Shown one piece after another: positions 37,014 through 45,897 of a DNA stretch of 64,000 nucleotides. Position numbers and translations under genes: made by a program. Within the stretch, counting starts at the first letter, position 1, and each line of letters opens with the position of its first letter. A model generated the notes under the pieces. It was not told the origin of the DNA. It was given only the letters and a program-made list of their open reading frames with translations, and searched no databases. The DNA is from Gammaproteobacteria bacterium (GTDB lineage Bacteria; Pseudomonadota; Gammaproteobacteria; Eutrophobiales; Eutrophobiaceae), in contig OZ244905.1 in the NCBI GenBank assembly GCA_965221695.1, positions 1,184,001 through 1,248,000 on the forward strand. Direction: 5' to 3'.

Positions 37014-38139
37014 CAAACCACTGTGGCTGTTGGCTGAACTTACCTACCGGTGTCCGTTGCAATGCCCTTACTGCTCCAACCCGGTGGAGATCGCCAAGTA
37101 CAACGACGAACTCGACACCGAGGACTGGATCAGGGTTTTGCAGCAGGCGCGTAAAATGGGCGCAACGCAACTGGGGTTCTCCGGCGGCGAACCCCTGGTG
37201 CGGCGCGACCTGGAAGAGCTGATTGCCGAAGCAAGACGCCTGGGTTATTACACCAACCTGATCACCTCCGGAGTCGGCATGGATGCGCAGCGGGTAAAAG
37301 CCTTCAAGGACGCGGGGCTGGACCATATCCAGATCAGTTTCCAGGCCAGCAATGAAGAGTTGAACAATTATCTCGGCGGCAGCAAAAGTTTCCGCCACAA
37401 ACAGGAGATGGCCAGGGTGGTCAAGGAGTTTGAGTACCCGATGGTGCTGAATATCGTGCTGCACCGGAAAAATGTTGACCAGATCCGGGATATCCTGGAC
37501 ATGACCGTGGATCTGAACGCCGATTACGTGGAACTGGCCAGCACCCAGTATTACGGCTGGTCCAGGGTCAATATCGACCAGTTGCTGCCGACCCGGGAGC
37601 AACTTGTAAAGGCCGAGGCCGTGGCCAAGGAGTACCAGGAGAAGATGAAGGACAGGATGAAAATCATTTATGTGATCCCGGATTATTTCGAAAACCGTCC
37701 CAAGGCCTGTATGAATGGCTGGGGGTCAATCTTCCTGACCATCGCCCCGGATGGCAGCGCGCTGCCATGCCATGCCGCGGCCCAGTTGCCGGGGCTGGAG
37801 TTCCCCAACGTCAGGGACCACAGTATCGATCACATCTGGAACGACTCCGATGCGTTCAACAAATACCGCGGCTTCGACTGGATGCAGGAACCCTGCAGGA
37901 GTTGCCCGGAAAAGGAAAAGGACTTCGGCGGCTGCCGCTGCCAGGCTTACATGCTGACCGGGGACGCGACCAACGCCGACCCCGTCTGCGATAAATCTCC
38001 CCACCACCGGCAGTTGCATGCGGACGTGGAACGGATCGGCGTCCTGTCCGGGACAAAAGAGCTCGAAAGCAAGCCACTGGTGTTCCGGAATATGCGAAAC
38101 TCGAAGGAACTGAGCCGGGAAACAGCTACTACGATTTAG
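36988..38139 (+). CDS. pqqE: PqqA peptide cyclase (radical SAM/SPASM)
   Basis: [37 protein letters not shown]; ATG 36988. Confidence 0.96.
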   Translation: MAGSDTNRSKPLWLLAELTYRCPLQCPYCSNPVEIAKYNDELDTEDWIRVLQQARKMGATQLGFSGGEPLVRRDLEELIAEARRLGYYTNLITSGVGMDAQRVKAFKDAGLDHIQISFQASNEELNNYLGGSKSFRHKQEMARVVKEFEYPMVLNIVLHRKNVDQIRDILDMTVDLNADYVELASTQYYGWSRVNIDQLLPTREQLVKAEAVAKEYQEKMKDRMKIIYVIPDYFENRPKACMNGWGSIFLTIAPDGSALPCHAAAQLPGLEFPNVRDHSIDHIWNDSDAFNKYRGFDWMQEPCRSCPEKEKDFGGCRCQAYMLTGDATNADPVCDKSPHHRQLHADVERIGVLSGTKELESKPLVFRNMRNSKELSRETATTI

Positions 38140-38155
38140 ACCGGAATGGGATTAC

Positions 38156-38998
38156 TTAAGCCCTCTGTCTTCTGACCAGAGCCCAGGTTACGTCCAGCGC
38201 TTGGCGGTTTTCTTTTATATCATGCACGCGTAGTATGTGGACGCCGGCCTGCGTGCCGATGGTCGTAGTGGCGCAGGTTGCGCCCACCAGTTCGCTGTAG
38301 CGCGTGATATCGCAAATCGAGCCCATGAAGCGTTTCCGGCTCGCGCCCAGCAATACCTTGTAGCCGGTTGCGGTAAAACTGCCGAGGTTGACTATGATGT
38401 CCAGGTTGTCGCGTTTGGATTTACCGAAACCGATGCCCGGATCGAGTACCAGGTTTTCTCGCCTGATGCCTGCATCTTCGGCGGCCGTGGCGCGTTCAAG
38501 CAGGAATGACCTGATCTCAGCCACGACATCGTCATAGTGCGGGTTATCCTGCATGGTCTTTGGTTTTCCCTGCATGTGCATGATGATGTACATCACCCCG
38601 GCTTCGGCAACCAGCTTGAACATCCCGGGATCGTCCCGTCCCGCGGAAATATCATTGACGATGGTAGCTCCCTGTTCCAGCGCGGCGCCGGCGACCCGGG
38701 CCGAAGTCGTATCGATACTGATGGGGATATCCGCCGGCAGTTCCTGTTGCAACCGCCTGATCACCGGGATCACCCGCTGCAACTGTTCCTCCGCAGATAC
38801 CGGCGCCGCACCCGGGCGGGTGGATTCACCGCCGACATCAATAATATCCGCGCCCTGCTCCACCATTTCGCAGGCGCGCGCAACGGCCTTGTCCTGATCA
38901 TGGTGCTGACCACCGTCGGAGAAACTGTCCGGGGTCACGTTGAGGACACCCATCAGCAAAGGTTTGGCGGCATCCTGTTGATGGTTTACCTTAACCAC
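38156..38998 (-). CDS. folP: Dihydropteroate synthase
   Basis: MGVLNVTPDSFSDGG, GGESTRPGA, DPGIGFGK, SRKRF, RVHD. Confidence 0.95.
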   Translation of the reverse strand: MVKVNHQQDAAKPLLMGVLNVTPDSFSDGGQHHDQDKAVARACEMVEQGADIIDVGGESTRPGAAPVSAEEQLQRVIPVIRRLQQELPADIPISIDTTSARVAGAALEQGATIVNDISAGRDDPGMFKLVAEAGVMYIIMHMQGKPKTMQDNPHYDDVVAEIRSFLLERATAAEDAGIRRENLVLDPGIGFGKSKRDNLDIIVNLGSFTATGYKVLLGASRKRFMGSICDITRYSELVGATCATTTIGTQAGVHILRVHDIKENRQALDVTWALVRRQRA

Positions 38999-39933
38999 TT
39001 TGCCATCTCATCAGTTGCAGTCACCAGCGCATCCACCATGACCGGCTCGCCGGCCAGGTGGCCTCCTTCCTCGACGATCACCAGGTCAGCGTCTGGCAAG
39101 GCCTGGCGCAGAGACCAGGACGCTTCCAGGGTACAGGTCAGGTCCCGGCGCCCGTGGATAATCCGGACCGGCACGGACGGGAGCGACGCGATACTATCCA
39201 ATATCTGGTTCTCATCGATAAAATAGCGATTCTTGGCATAATGGGTTTCGATCAATACCTCTTGCACAGCTTTTTCGGTATCTCCAGGGGTATAATCCGC
39301 ACCGGGGATCAGGTACGTCACCAGGCGCCCTGCCCATTTCGACCAGGCCAGGGCCGCAGTTTCCCTGGCTTTCCTGTCATCGCCATGAACTCGTCTGTGG
39401 TAGGCTGTGACCAGGTCAGTTCTTTCAGGTTCCGGTATGATTCCCACAAACTCCTGCCAGTAATCCGGAAAAACCCGGCTCGCGCCCTCACTGCTGAACC
39501 AGTCCAGGTCTTTTTGCCGGGCCAGGAAGGCGCCGCGCAGGATCAGACCCAAGACCCGTGAAGGGTAGGACTGCGCGTACAGCAACGCCAGGGTGGCGCC
39601 CCAGGAACCACCGAATACCAGCCATTGTTCTATGCCCAGGCGCTCCCTGATGTGTTCTATGTCCTGCAACAGTTTCGGAGTTGAATTATTGCGCGTCTCC
39701 CCGACCGGCGCCGAGCGATGACAGCCGCGCTGGTCGAACAGGACGACCCGGTATTTTTTTGGATTGAAGTAACGCCGATGATTCTCGTTGCAGCCTGAAC
39801 CCGGACCGCCGTGCAGGAATATCACCGGAATACCCTGCGGATTGCCGGCTTCCTCCACGTATATCGTATGTATCGGGTCCACCTTCAGGCGGTAGCTGTT
39901 GAATGCATCAATAACGGGGTATAACTCACGCAT
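38986..39933 (-). CDS. pip: Prolyl aminopeptidase
   Basis: LHGGPG, DQRGC, FGGSWG.TL, GR.D. Confidence 0.93.
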   Translation of the reverse strand: MRELYPVIDAFNSYRLKVDPIHTIYVEEAGNPQGIPVIFLHGGPGSGCNENHRRYFNPKKYRVVLFDQRGCHRSAPVGETRNNSTPKLLQDIEHIRERLGIEQWLVFGGSWGATLALLYAQSYPSRVLGLILRGAFLARQKDLDWFSSEGASRVFPDYWQEFVGIIPEPERTDLVTAYHRRVHGDDRKARETAALAWSKWAGRLVTYLIPGADYTPGDTEKAVQEVLIETHYAKNRYFIDENQILDSIASLPSVPVRIIHGRRDLTCTLEASWSLRQALPDADLVIVEEGGHLAGEPVMVDALVTATDEMAKWLR

Positions 39934-40088
39934 GGCAGTACGATCTATGTCCGGACAGTTGCAGTTGGAAGCAAGTGACTAAATTATCACACAATCACAT
40001 CAATAGTCCCTGGCTGAGGGAGTGACAGGTTGCTGACAGCGGACAAACTCGTGGGACGTTATCCTGGGCCTGTTCAGGTGGTCTAAAC

Positions 40089-41039
40089 TTATATATCGCC
40101 CAGAATTTCTTCCCGTTTTTGTTGATACTCCTCCGCGCTGATCAGTTCCTTGTCGTGCAGTTCCTTCAAGGTCATCAGTCTTTGCTCAATGGTCTGGCTG
40201 GAATCATTCCCCGCTGAGGAAGATTGCATCTGCTTGCGCATCTTCGCCATTTCCAGGCGCATTTCGCGCCGTTCCCGCGCCAGCTTGTCCGCCTCGGCCT
40301 GCATGGCTGCGCTGGTCGCAGTTTGCTCCGGCGCCGCTTGTTGCGCTTTTTCCGCCAGGTACACTGCCGCCGCTTGTTCCAGGTCGATCTCTATCCAGTC
40401 CCGGCGGGATTTCCCGCCATCGATATGCGGCTCAACGCCGGCCATGGCTACAATTGTACCCTTGAACCCGGCCGACTTTGCCCTGCGTCCGTGTTTGAAG
40501 TATTGTTTCGATTCCGTGATGCCATGGCTTTTTTCAACCGTTTCCTTGAACCTGTCGCCTTCGTTGTCGTAATCACCAATGATGAGATGTAACTTGCCGT
40601 CCAGGTAAAAGGCACGGCCTCCCGTGTAACCCGTATTCTGGAGCACCATGTATTTCTTTTCCGAACGGGCCAGCACAAACACGATATCCTGGTCCGGCCT
40701 GGCCTTGGACAGACCGGCGCTAATGTATTGTCCAAGCAAACGTGACTGTTGCAGCGAGAACAGCGACTTGAGTTTTTTCTTCTTGAACAAGCCGCCGCCA
40801 CTCCAGGCCTGAAGCCCCTCAAGGGCGTTGCTTACCTGGCCTGGATTCAACTGTACCGGGTGCTGGTTGGGTGGCGTCACATCTTTTTTTGACTGGTCCT
40901 GGTCCGTGAGCCGGATATACAGGTTGGCGCCGGATTTCCACAGATCCTCATCATTGGCGCCAAAATTGGGCAACAAATCAGCTTGGATAATGCCGGGGAA
41001 TGAAAGCAGGATGACTAGCAGAGCACAGGGTTTCATCAA
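40089..41039 (-). CDS. Secreted protein with C-terminal SHOCT domain
   Basis: Signal peptide; IEQRL.TLKEL.DKELISAEEYQQKREEIL. Confidence 0.8.
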   Translation of the reverse strand: MMKPCALLVILLSFPGIIQADLLPNFGANDEDLWKSGANLYIRLTDQDQSKKDVTPPNQHPVQLNPGQVSNALEGLQAWSGGGLFKKKKLKSLFSLQQSRLLGQYISAGLSKARPDQDIVFVLARSEKKYMVLQNTGYTGGRAFYLDGKLHLIIGDYDNEGDRFKETVEKSHGITESKQYFKHGRRAKSAGFKGTIVAMAGVEPHIDGGKSRRDWIEIDLEQAAAVYLAEKAQQAAPEQTATSAAMQAEADKLARERREMRLEMAKMRKQMQSSSAGNDSSQTIEQRLMTLKELHDKELISAEEYQQKREEILGDI

Positions 41040-41067
41040 TATCTTATACCGTTATAAAAGTTGCGGT

Positions 41068-41742
41068 TTATCCGGGCAAGAGAAACAGCTTTAAAGCGGC
41101 GATCAGCGAACCTGTGAACGCGGCTTGGATGAGGAATATTTTCACCGTCAGCCGCAATTCCATTTTCTCCATGTCGCCACGCAGGGAAATTTCCATTTTC
41201 TCCATGTCTCCACGCAAAGATATTTCCATTTTCTCCATATCGCTGCGAATCGCGGTTTCCATCTTCTCCATATCGCTGCGAATCGAAGTTTCCATGTTCT
41301 CCATATCGCTACGAAGCGATGCTTCCATCTTCTCCATGTCACCACGCAGATTCTCTATATCGCTACGAAGCGATGCTTCCATCTTCTCCATGTCACCACG
41401 CAGATTCTCTATATCGCTACGAAGCGATGCTTCCATCTTCTCCATGTCACCACGCAGATTCTCTATATCGCTACGAAGCGATGCTTCCATCTTCTCCGTG
41501 TCGCCACGCAGATTCTCTATATCGCTACGAAGCGATGTTTCCATCTTCTCCATGTCGCCCCGCAGATTCTCTATATCGCTACGAAGTGCAGTCTCCGTCC
41601 CAGCCAAGTCAGCCTTGGTCGCTACTCGCTCATTAATCGCATCTTGCACCAGTATCACCACCGATTCCGCTTGTTTGGCCTCCATGCCGGAGTCCTTCAA
41701 GCCTTGCGCCATCTTCAGCGTATCAAAAGCTACATCTGTCAT
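41068..41742 (-). CDS. DUF1640/CCDC90-like coiled-coil protein with C-terminal membrane anchor
   Basis: FDTLK....L..SG....QAE, ATKADL, repeat stalk, hydrophobic tail; ATG 41742 after GGAGAGGG. Confidence 0.85.
   Translation of the reverse strand: MTDVAFDTLKMAQGLKDSGMEAKQAESVVILVQDAINERVATKADLAGTETALRSDIENLRGDMEKMETSLRSDIENLRGDTEKMEASLRSDIENLRGDMEKMEASLRSDIENLRGDMEKMEASLRSDIENLRGDMEKMEASLRSDMENMETSIRSDMEKMETAIRSDMEKMEISLRGDMEKMEISLRGDMEKMELRLTVKIFLIQAAFTGSLIAALKLFLLPG
41160..41590 (-). repeat. Coding tandem repeats: about five 54-bp units plus about four 33-bp units
   Basis: LRSDIENLRGDMEKMEAS (18 aa) near-identical at DNA level, then 11-aa units such as IRSDMEKMETA. Confidence 0.9.
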
Positions 41743-41894
41743 TTTTCCCTCTCCGATCTCGTTGTTCATTTCACTTGGCCGGAACGCCGACCTATGCTCC
41801 GCAGGTCATAAACCCAGCGGGAGGCAGCCCGGATTATTGTTCCCTTTGCACCACTGCCGCATCCGGCGACAGTTCGGGACTGCTCTCAGGAGTT

Positions 41895-41924
41895 ACTATA
41901 TACGCGTGACTTCGAGGTTGTCAA
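41895..41924 (-). promoter_or_regulatory. Sigma70-like promoter about 150 nt upstream of the DUF1640 gene
   Basis: TTGACA, 18 nt, TATAGT. Confidence 0.5.
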
Positions 41925-41959
41925 TCTATGTATTTTGTTTCTCACCCACAGGGCAAACA

Positions 41960-42110
41960 CACCGTACCACTCCCGCGAACCCCACCACCGCCCCACTCCC
42001 GCGAAAGCGGGAGTCCAGTCAAATACTGTGTCGCCCGCAGGACGACTCTTTGTCCCACTGGATTCCCGCTTGCGCGGGAATGGGGCGGAGACGATTACGC
42101 GGGAATGGGA
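41960..42110. repeat. REPIN-like unit: two inverted dRS3-like REPs around a central GTCGCCC hairpin
   Basis: CCACTCCCGCGAAAGCGGGAGTCCAG ... TGTGTCGCCCGCAGGACGACTCTTT ... CTGGATTCCCGCTTGCGCGGGAATGG. Confidence 0.85.
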
Positions 42111-42169
42111 TGGGAGGCGCTTGCACGGAAATGGAATTGGGCGCAGGTTGGTTTGTAAAAGTTACACAC

Positions 42170-42204
42170 AAAAAAAAGGCGCACTATGCGGTGCGCCTTT
42201 TCTT
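42170..42204 (-). terminator. Intrinsic terminator of the porin gene
   Basis: AAAAAAAAGGCGCAC-TATGCG-GTGCGCCTTTT. Confidence 0.85.
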
Positions 42205-42238
42205 CAGGTCGAAAGACCTTGTTTTGCTTAATACAGGT

Positions 42239-43456
42239 TTACCAGAGTAGGAACCCGCCGATGGAGAAGGTGTCGACATCGTCCTGACCCAGCAAGCTAT
42301 TCTCGTAATTACCGTACTCGGCAATGACCTTCAGCCATGAATTTACATCATGATATACACCTACTGTCCATAGCTCGCCTTTTGACGAAGGAATTCCATA
42401 TGCTGAATCAGAATCCTGTTTTGACTCGCCGTAACCACCGCCAATCTTAGTTTTGCCATTGAAGGTATAAGATGCCTGCACATAATAGCCATCGTTGTCA
42501 GCCTCATTACAACCTGCGCCATCAACACAAGCAAACCCCTCATTGCCTAGGCTAGGCCCAGGATTGAATAATAAAGTACCCAAAGCCTCGCCGTCATAAT
42601 ATTGACCAGTCATGCTGAATCCCTGAGCAGAAACTTCGGCACCGATGTTCCAACCTACAGTTTCAACATCTCCATAGTCAACTACTTCCATCTCCTGCCA
42701 TATGAAGCCGGCCCAACCGCTGAAGCTCCCGCCCTCGAAGGCGGAATTGAAAGTGGCCTCAGCCTGGAATTGCGGCGTATCTGTCTCATACCCATTATTG
42801 GTTCCAAGAGTAGCGCTGCCAATTGGTTCTTGCGGATCAAAGATACCGACTGACAACTGGAAGCCATTCATATCCGGCGTCTGATAGACAAAGCGAGTGC
42901 GGAAATCTGGATATACATAACCATAACCGATTCGACCCAGGCCAGTACCACCGCCATCAGCCCCTGCCAAAGCACCCATACCAAACAGGGTGTAGTCCTT
43001 CAAAATCGCCTGACGCCCGAACAGGGCCAGGGTGCGGCCTACGCTGATGGTGCCGAAATCACCGGATATGTTGAAGAACACTTCACGCATATCAATATTG
43101 GAACCCGTCCCAAACACACCGGACTTGTTCAATCGGCTGCTCTTCTCACTGGAACTGTCCACGGCGAACGTGATCTGGCCGGTACCTGTCAGACCGTTGA
43201 CCTCAGGGGTCTTGACCGTCATGGTATGGAATGAAGGCAACAGCCCTTCGTTCAAATGGGCACTGTCTTCACTAGTACCGTTAGTGAATTCAAAGTCACT
43301 CTGCGTATAGAACAGGTTGATAAAGCCGCCGTAGCTGACTTCCCAACCGTCTGCGCCGCCAAGGACTATCGCGGCATTGGAGGGCATGCTCAATGCGCCT
43401 GCCAGTGCCAGCGTGCTCAGAACAGTTGTGAGCTTGGTTTTATTTAGTTTCATCAT
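42239..43456 (-). CDS. Outer membrane porin
   Basis: Signal peptide, amphipathic strands, MREVF...G.FG...GR, G.GY.YP, terminal aromatic residue; strong RBS and terminator. Confidence 0.88.
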   Translation of the reverse strand: MMKLNKTKLTTVLSTLALAGALSMPSNAAIVLGGADGWEVSYGGFINLFYTQSDFEFTNGTSEDSAHLNEGLLPSFHTMTVKTPEVNGLTGTGQITFAVDSSSEKSSRLNKSGVFGTGSNIDMREVFFNISGDFGTISVGRTLALFGRQAILKDYTLFGMGALAGADGGGTGLGRIGYGYVYPDFRTRFVYQTPDMNGFQLSVGIFDPQEPIGSATLGTNNGYETDTPQFQAEATFNSAFEGGSFSGWAGFIWQEMEVVDYGDVETVGWNIGAEVSAQGFSMTGQYYDGEALGTLLFNPGPSLGNEGFACVDGAGCNEADNDGYYVQASYTFNGKTKIGGGYGESKQDSDSAYGIPSSKGELWTVGVYHDVNSWLKVIAEYGNYENSLLGQDDVDTFSIGGFLLW

Positions 43457-43698
43457 TCTCCTCCTCAGGAAAAGTATTAAGCGATTAAAAATACTACGAT
43501 TTTTATTACAAACTCTTTGTTATGGCTTATTCAAGCTAGTTCATTGTTAAAGGATATTGCATAACTGGAGAAATTGCAACATATAAAAGGGACATTTACA
43601 ACACTTTTTTGACATTATTATGTTGTGTGCCTTTACTTCGTCTCTTTTGCGCAACAACTGGAACGTCGCGAGGGTGTATATAAGGAGTTTATTGTCTA

Positions 43699-43726
43699 CT
43701 GGATTCCCGCTTTCGCGGGAATGGTA
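43699..43726. repeat. dRS3-like REP
   Basis: CTGGATTCCCGCTTTCGCGGGAATGG; identical core at 44469-44494. Confidence 0.85.
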
Positions 43727-43734
43727 TATATCGT

Positions 43735-43770
43735 GCGGGCGTCCCGTCTGCGGGCAGGCGGGACGCCTGC
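43735..43770. repeat. GC-rich palindrome of a different REP-like type
   Basis: GCGGGCGTCCCGTCTGC-GG-GCAGGCGGGACGCCTGC. Confidence 0.55.
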
Positions 43771-43799
43771 GGTCCCGGGCGGGCGCCGGCCACAATCGG

Positions 43800-44105
43800 T
43801 CAGCCTCCGCCTCTTTGGTACGCCAGTTCAAAGCGCGCCAGGAACGCTGCCTGATCGGTCGGGGTGAAACCGTTGAATTCCATGCTGACATGTGTGACGG
43901 GAAATTCCAGCAGGCCGAGTTTTCTTACGGTCTCCGGCATCAGGCTGATGTTGATCTGGCCGGCGTTTGTCGTGATGCTTGCGTGGTTGCCGTCGCGGGT
44001 AACCGGCGCGCCGTTCACCGCTCGCGGCAGCAGGCGGAAGAAGTCCTTGTGGGTGATGCTCATCTCCCGGGTCAGGAGACTATCCAACGCTGACGCAGTA
44101 TTCAC
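43800..44105 (-). CDS. Small conserved hypothetical protein at the end of the aor operon
   Basis: REMSIT..DFFRLLP ... FL.RF...YQRGGG; co-oriented with the moaD-like gene. Confidence 0.7.
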   Translation of the reverse strand: MNTASALDSLLTREMSITHKDFFRLLPRAVNGAPVTRDGNHASITTNAGQINISLMPETVRKLGLLEFPVTHVSMEFNGFTPTDQAAFLARFELAYQRGGG

Positions 44106-44135
44106 GAACGGTGTTAAGTCAGTAGCTGGTCAACG

Positions 44136-44387
44136 TTAGCCGCCGGCTACCGGCGGCCATATCGCAAGGGTGTCTCCTTCATTGAATACCGCTTTGTTCC
44201 GATCTTCCGGTTTGATGTAAACCCCGTTCAGTAACACCAGGTGCGCCATTTCCCTGGGCACGTTGTACCTGTCGATGACTTCATAGGCCGTATTGTGTTC
44301 GGATATCTCGATGAGGAGTTTGTTTTTCTCCGCATCCGGGGGGAGATAGTCGGTTAAACCGGCATAGAGTTTCAGGGTGAGTTTCAT
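44136..44387 (-). CDS. MoaD/ThiS family sulfur carrier (AOR-associated paralog)
   Basis: LKLYA.L..YLP, HLVLLNG, GDTLAIWPPVAGG. Confidence 0.9.
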   Translation of the reverse strand: MKLTLKLYAGLTDYLPPDAEKNKLLIEISEHNTAYEVIDRYNVPREMAHLVLLNGVYIKPEDRNKAVFNEGDTLAIWPPVAGG

Positions 44388-44442
44388 GATTATTTTGGGG
44401 CGTTGCGCGTTATGTGATTTGGCTGGCTTCCCGATTTATAAA

Positions 44443-44495
44443 GTGTCGCTGCGCGACAGGTTTTCTGACTGGATTCCCGCTTTCGCGGGAATGGG
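44443..44495. repeat. dRS3-like REP with hairpin, inside the aor operon
   Basis: TGTCGCTGCGCGACA plus CTGGATTCCCGCTTTCGCGGGAATGG. Confidence 0.8.
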
Positions 44496-44568
44496 ATGGC
44501 CCGGAGTTTGTCTGGCATGGTGGCGACGAAGCCTGATCTCGCGGGGCTGTCGGGGTCAGGCAATTCGC

Positions 44569-45861
44569 TCAAAGCAGGGCTGCGTTATGGCCGATGGACT
44601 GGGTTGCCCCCAGGTATGCCTCCATAATCCGGGTCGGGTCCTGCAGCAGGTGGTCCTTCCATTTGCCCAGTTTCAGCTTGGTCTGGATCAGGCCGCGCAG
44701 CACGCCTACGTGATTGGTCAGTCCCAATGCCTGCGCGCCGACGAGGATGTCATCCTGGAATTGCAGGCTGATATAGCGGTATTTTTCCGCATCCACCAAC
44801 TCCACGGATTCGCCGCCTTCGACACCCATCCATAAGCCGTAGGAAGTGGAGATCAGGCCCATGGTATCGAGCACGTTCATATTCACGCTGCCCTGGTGGC
44901 GGGTATCCCGGCCGGCCATGTTCATGGCTGCGAGCCTGCCGTGGTCGGCGGCGGTGGGCTGGATTGCCTGTACATTGAACTCTCCGGTGGAGAAATCCCT
45001 GCCCTGGCATACATCGCCGGCGGCGTACACGTCAGGGTGGCTGCTCTGCAGGCGGTCGTTCACGAGCACGCCGAAATCGGTCTCAATGCCGCTGTCTTGC
45101 AGAAACTGTATATTGGCGCGTACACCGGTGGCGGAGATCACCACGTCGGCGCCCAGCCGGTCGCCGTTATCCAGTTGCACCGACAGTCTGTCTGTACCGT
45201 CCTGTTCAAGCGACTCCACCCGGGTCGAGGTCAGCACGTTGACGCCTTTGTCCAGGCACCATTGTTTAATCAGGTTACCGGCAGTCTGGTTCATCATGCG
45301 CGGCACCATGCGGTCTTCCATCTCGATCACGGTCAGGTTTACGCCGCGCTCGGCCAGCGCCTCAAGGATAATACAGCCGATAAACCCCGCGCCCATCAGA
45401 ATGACGTCGGATCCCTTGCTTGCGTTTTGCGCGATGTTCCTGCCGTCTTCAAGGGTCCAGCAGGAATGCACACCGGGCAAATCCAGGCCGGGGATGGGTG
45501 GCCGGATGGGATGCGAGCCGGTGGCAATCAACAGCTTATCGAAGTTGACCGTTGCGCCGCTCTCCAGTTCCAGGGTGTGGGCGTTCGGGTCCACCGACGC
45601 CACACGGTCCCGGATCAGCTCTATATCCATATCCGCATAATGGCTGGCCGTCTTGCGCAGGTAGGTGCCGGCCTCATCGATGTTGTCGATAAGATAATAT
45701 GGCAGCGCCATGCGCGAGTAAGGTGGTTCCGTTTCGTCGCCGATCAGCTTGATTGAACAGGAAGCGTCGTTTTTCCTCAGCGTTTCCGCTGCGATAACGC
45801 CGGCAGGCCCGGCGCCGATAATGACATGTTGCATAGTGTCAGTCTCTTGTGTTGCTTGCAT
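44569..45861 (-). CDS. FAD/NAD-dependent oxidoreductase subunit (AorC-like); may start at 45834
   Basis: IIGAGPAG, PPYSR, IATGS, GAGFIG, YAAGD. Confidence 0.9.
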   Translation of the reverse strand: MQATQETDTMQHVIIGAGPAGVIAAETLRKNDASCSIKLIGDETEPPYSRMALPYYLIDNIDEAGTYLRKTASHYADMDIELIRDRVASVDPNAHTLELESGATVNFDKLLIATGSHPIRPPIPGLDLPGVHSCWTLEDGRNIAQNASKGSDVILMGAGFIGCIILEALAERGVNLTVIEMEDRMVPRMMNQTAGNLIKQWCLDKGVNVLTSTRVESLEQDGTDRLSVQLDNGDRLGADVVISATGVRANIQFLQDSGIETDFGVLVNDRLQSSHPDVYAAGDVCQGRDFSTGEFNVQAIQPTAADHGRLAAMNMAGRDTRHQGSVNMNVLDTMGLISTSYGLWMGVEGGESVELVDAEKYRYISLQFQDDILVGAQALGLTNHVGVLRGLIQTKLKLGKWKDHLLQDPTRIMEAYLGATQSIGHNAALL

Positions 45862-45897
45862 GGGGGCGGATTTGAGTCCGCCCCAGGCATCCTTATA

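Noticed and set aside
41160-41590. Regular repeats that could suggest a CRISPR array
   Set aside because: Head-to-tail units without unique spacers, in frame within a coiled-coil gene; no cas genes
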